Of a DNA stretch of 64,000 bases, positions 61,977 through 64,000 are shown one piece after another (position 1 is the first letter of the stretch; every line of letters begins with the position of its first letter). The stretch is taken from assembly GCF_006345805.1 (NCBI RefSeq), contig NC_042997.1:125860001-125924000 (forward strand), written 5' to 3'. Source of the stretch: Octopus sinensis (lineage: Eukaryota). Position numbers and translations under genes: made by a program. The notes under the pieces are model-generated. The model was not told the DNA's origin and did not search any database. It was given only the letters and a program-made list of their open reading frames with translations.

Positions 61977-62115
61977 TCAATAAAATATTTTTAAATATCT
62001 GTCTCTAGACTTGTAGTGGGCCCTTTATCCATTTTATAATGCTCATTGTGTTTTTTTTTATGTTTATAATAACTTTTTTTAACATGTGTATACACACACA
62101 CACACACACACACAC

Positions 62116-62613
<498 letters not shown>

Positions 62614-62618
62614 TATAT

Positions 62619-62845
62619 TAAAAAAATGGTTTGCGTAAACGAATGGCCTTGCACAGATCCCAGATAAAAATTCCCCAAAACAGAAAAATAGCTTTTAGCC
62701 AACACATAGATACTTACGCCAACAAAAAAACACCAAACTTCAGAATTTTCCCCCTCTACCAATTTAGGGACGATACAACCTCGAGACAACGAATAAGTAA
62801 AGAAAATCTCTTTATTACAAAATACAAGCCACTTCTTAACGGGTC
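62619..62845 (+). pseudogene. Penelope-like GIY-YIG C-terminal half, different subfamily
   Basis: LRKRMALHRSQI...FSQHID...PNFRIFPLYQF...RISKENLFITKYKPLLN fits the R..H / KE..FI..Y.P.LN end of PLE endonucleases; embedded in (TA)n. Confidence 0.7.
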
Positions 62846-62900
<55 letters not shown>

Positions 62901-62905
62901 ATATA

Positions 62906-62948
<43 letters not shown>

Positions 62949-63057
62949 ATATATATATAATATATATATATTATATATATATAATATAATATATATATTA
63001 TATATTATATATATATATATATATATAGATATATATATATATATATATAATATATAT

Positions 63058-63149
<92 letters not shown>

Positions 63150-63206
63150 ATATATAATATTATATATATATATATTATATATATATATAATATATATATA
63201 TATATT

Positions 63207-63275
<69 letters not shown>

Positions 63276-63279
63276 CATA

Positions 63280-63323
<44 letters not shown>

Positions 63324-63325
63324 AT
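62846..63325. repeat. ~480-bp imperfect (TA)n tract
   Basis: Seen directly. Other long TA/TG/CA tracts at 3785-3890, 16285-17790, 47280-47625 and 48930-49310; (GATA)n at 51646-51740 and 62117-62165. Confidence 0.95.
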
Positions 63326-64000
63326 ATCATCATCATCCTCATTTAACGTCCGCTTTCCATGCTAGCATGGGTTGGACGGTTCAACTGGAGTCTGGGGAGC
63401 CCGAAGGCTGCACCAGCCAGTCAGATCTGGCAGTGTTTCTACAGCTGGATGCCCTTCCTAACGCCAACCACTCCGAGAGTGTAGTGGGTGATTTTATGTG
63501 CCACCGACACAGGTGCCAGACGAGGCTGGCAAACGGCCACGCTCGGATGGTGTTTTTTTTTTATGTGCCACCGACACAGGTGCCAGACGAGGCTGGCAGA
63601 CGGCCACACTCGGATGGTGTTTTTATGTGCCACCGACACAAGTGCCAGATGAGGCTGGCGAACGGCCACAATCGGATGGTGTTTGTTACGTGCCCGGATG
63701 GTGTTTGTTACGTGCCCACAGCATGGAGGCCAGTCGATGCGGTACTGGCTACGGCCACGTTCGGATGGTTTTCTTGTGTGCCACCGGCACTGGTACAACA
63801 AAGATACAAATTCCATTGATGTTCATCTATTTTGATTTGGTTTGATTTTCACTTGCCTCAACAGGTCTTCACAAGTGTCACATACTTGCCTCAACAGGTC
63901 TTCACAAGTGTCATAAGAAGGAAGGTATGCACAGGTAGACTGACTACGTCCCAGGTAGGGGCCACGGGTTATGGCCTGACTAGTCTTGCCGGGTCTTTGG
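63326..64000 (-). mobile_element. RTE 3'UTR with expanded internal minisatellite
   Basis: About five ~60-70-bp units (ATGTGCCACCGACACAGGTGCCAGACGAGGCTGGC...) at 63495-63790; runs off the window edge. Confidence 0.75.

Noticed and set aside
63495-63790. Repeat-spacer-like array
   Set aside because: Tandem minisatellite of the RTE 3'UTR with homologous units; eukaryotic context and no cas genes, so not CRISPR.

Overview
This is AT-rich, microsatellite-dense eukaryotic DNA. The repeat content (tRNA-derived SINEs, RTE 3' ends with (GAT)n tails, long (TA)n tracts) points to an octopus/coleoid genome; this is inferred from the repeats, not proven. There is one clear host gene: a Nipped-B-like (NIPBL/Scc2) cohesin loader on the minus strand, whose whole ~2,090-2,107 aa CDS is one uninterrupted ORF (19199-25522). 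It has candidate introns only in the 5'UTR and sits in a ~12.6-kb island with no recognisable transposons. The rest is decayed mobile DNA: about 20 SINE-A copies, 3 SINE-C copies, RTE and CR1 LINE relics, Tc1/mariner/maT, Merlin, piggyBac-like MITEs, Helitrons and a Gypsy pol remnant. The most interesting hidden signal is a set of Penelope-like (PLE) remnants sitting in (TA)n tracts: three GIY-YIG endonuclease fragments, several elements with an inverted partial terminal copy plus a tail, and two readable type I hammerhead ribozymes with palindromic stem III (47943-48053 and 55582-55627). All coordinates were read by eye and may be off by a few bases, more so at decayed element ends.
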